Shown here: in pieces, positions 61,761 through 64,000 of the stretch
Numbering within the stretch: the stretch's first letter is position 1
How the letters are laid out: the number at the start of each line of letters is the position of its first letter
DNA from: Octopus vulgaris
Lineage: Eukaryota
NCBI GenBank assembly: GCA_951406725.2
Contig: OX597814.1
Span: 66,216,001 to 66,280,000, forward strand
Direction: 5' to 3'
DNA length: 64,000 nt
The notes under the pieces: generated by a model
The model's database searches: none
Seen by the model: the letters and a program-made list of their open reading frames with translations, nothing else
What the model was told of the DNA's origin: nothing
Translations under genes and position numbers: made by a program

Positions 61761-61847
61761 AAATGTTCACTATAAAATTATTTTAGCATTTTCTATTTTT
61801 TACTTGTTTTTTCATATATATCAACTCGTGTGTTCCTTTTCACCCTT

Positions 61848-61916
<69 letters not shown>

Positions 61917-61932
61917 TGTGTGTATATATATG

Positions 61933-61975
<43 letters not shown>

Positions 61976-62100
61976 GTCCATATAAATAGATAGGAAAAAG
62001 AAAGACTCATTGATGTATATGTGTGTGTGTGTGTGTGTGTGTTTGTGTGTGTAACGTGTGTATATAATGTTTGCGCCTATGTAAATGTGCGAATGCATAC

Positions 62101-62150
<50 letters not shown>

Positions 62151-62619
62151 CACACACACACACACACACATATATATGTATATGGATGGGTGGATGTATA
62201 TTGGTATGCATACATGTACGTATATGTAGTACGCAAACGCATATAGTAAATATCTGACCAAAAGAATTCTGTGATATAACACATAACCAAGTATTCATGA
62301 TGCTCGTTTTGTTAATATTCAACTTTATTTTTTTCTTTATTTATACTTCTTTTACTGATACAACCCCATCTCCGCATCCTCTTTAACCTGGCACCCTCCA
62401 TGTCTTTCTTGTTCCCCTCCACCTTCTCCCCATTGCATATTTACATAAATAAATACACCAACGTAAGTAGGTGAATGTGTTTTGTTATACGATAATAATT
62501 TATTTCTTCTATCAGGCATCTAGTACTTTCACATAGTCTCTGTTTGTACGGGTTAGCATTTTGGGGTTGTTTTTTCTTGTTTTTGTTTTTGCTGGATTTT
62601 GTTGGGAAGAGGGGGCAGT

Positions 62620-63182
62620 TTTTGTTGTTATGATGATGCTAGTGGTGTTGCTTGTTATGGTAGTGGTGGTGATGGTGGTGGTGGTGGTGCTGATGGTAGA
62701 GATGATGGTGGTGATGATGGTGGTGATGATGGTGATTGGTGGGTGGGATGGAAGATGGTCTGAAGAATGGGGTGTTATTTTTTACAATCTTTTGTTTGTT
62801 TTTCATTCTTTTCAGTATATTTATATGGAGAGGGTTGTGAGAGGTTCTGTTATGGTGTCGTTTGTTTTCGTTGTTGCTGTTTAATTTTATTTTTATCTTG
62901 GCCAGTTTTGATAATTTGCGTTAACGATTGAGTTTTTATCTGTCGTAAAGAAAATAATAATAATAATAATAATGAGGAGGAGGAGGAGAATAAGAATGAT
63001 GGTGGTGGTGGTGGTGAAGATGACGATAGTTGTTGCTGGTATTGGGGGTGAGGTGGTGGGGGGGTGTGGTGGAGGTGAAGGTGGTGGTGGTGGTTGAGTA
63101 GGTGATAACAATGAATATGATAATTTGGGTGAGTAGAATGATGCTAACATAGTAATGATGAAAATAAATATGCTGCTGCTAT

Positions 63183-63229
<47 letters not shown>

Positions 63230-63230
63230 C
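62620..63230. repeat. Low-complexity (GGT/GAT/AAT)n region
   Basis: Direct inspection. Confidence 0.9.
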
Positions 63231-64000
63231 AGACGCCATTAAAAATAGTCATTTCAACTTCCACGTGTTAGACGTACCAATAGAACAAAATATATGGGAG
63301 AGCAAAATACAAAACAAACAAAAAAACCCACAAATGAAAATCAAAACAAAAATACTCAAATAAACCGACGAACCTACGAATTCCTGGAAATTTTCTGTGT
63401 GAGGGCGGAGTTTTGTTTTCCATGCATATAGTAAGGAGTGTAAGTATATGCATCCAGTCTCTGTTTAGCATAACCAATAAAAAGCAAACGGACACAAATT
63501 CAAACAAGGAATTCTTTGAGTTATTTTGAGATAGATGAGAAGTGAAAGGCAATAATATGAGACGAAATAATAACAGACAGACATGAAGGGGTGAAATATT
63601 TCTTCCAAATCTAGTCAGGAGAGAAAAAAATGCATTAAAGACCCGGAAGTGTTGTTGCACCGAGGGAACGTATCATTCAACTACGGTAGTAGTTGAATAA
63701 TATTCGTAAGGCCGCAATTTACTCACATGCAGCATCTTTCAGAGCTTGTTGCTAATTCAGTTCTTAACCAGATTGAAAACTGTTAACAATTTTGAAGAGG
63801 AGTGGTCCCTAGCTACAATTTTGGCATAAAAATATTAAAAGTTTACATCAAACTTTGTAGCAACGTTATAGGAGAGTAAGTAACGCCACCAATCAAGTTT
63901 AAATCTAAATAACTGTTTTATTTTAAAAGCAAAATATATTTATCTTAGCTTCACTAATAGAAGAAAGCATGAAGAATTTCATAGTTTTGGTCCCATACGA

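Larger units (their letters stand above)
60187..61815 (+). mobile_element. Young 5'-truncated Penelope-like (Neptune-type) element with inverted pLTRs
   Basis: 60187-60517 is the reverse complement of 61486-61815 (only a 1-nt G-run difference seen); inserted in (TA)n. Confidence 0.93.

Overview
AT-rich eukaryotic non-genic DNA (intergenic or deep intronic), almost certainly animal. The SINE families and extreme microsatellite load suggest an octopus (cephalopod); this is inference. No host protein-coding exon can be supported, and most ORFs in the track are microsatellite artefacts. The window is a dense graveyard of nested mobile elements: a CR1-type LINE, a near full-length RTE/BovB LINE, two Tx1/L1-clade LINEs, four R4/Dong-type fragments, two Penelope-like elements (PLEs), hAT (Buster/Charlie), mariner and Helitron remnants, MITEs and many tRNA-derived SINEs. 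Three things stand out. (1) A head-to-tail array of three divergent ORF1-only (gag-like, RT-less) retroelements at 12.0-16.7 kb, with a shared junction motif and a 3' CUUGU stem-loop also found in SINEs and, as a variant, in a Tx1 LINE. (2) About nine hammerhead-ribozyme (HHR) motifs, mostly in small non-coding elements sitting in (TA)n and in PLE pseudo-LTRs, including a U3-A8 covariant core and a tRNA-headed HHR element with a 12-bp target-site duplication (TSD). (3) A 1.2-kb unclassified insertion carrying a compact E-box/E2F/CCAAT/TATA promoter. All folds and alignments were read by eye, and boundaries of degenerate elements are approximate.
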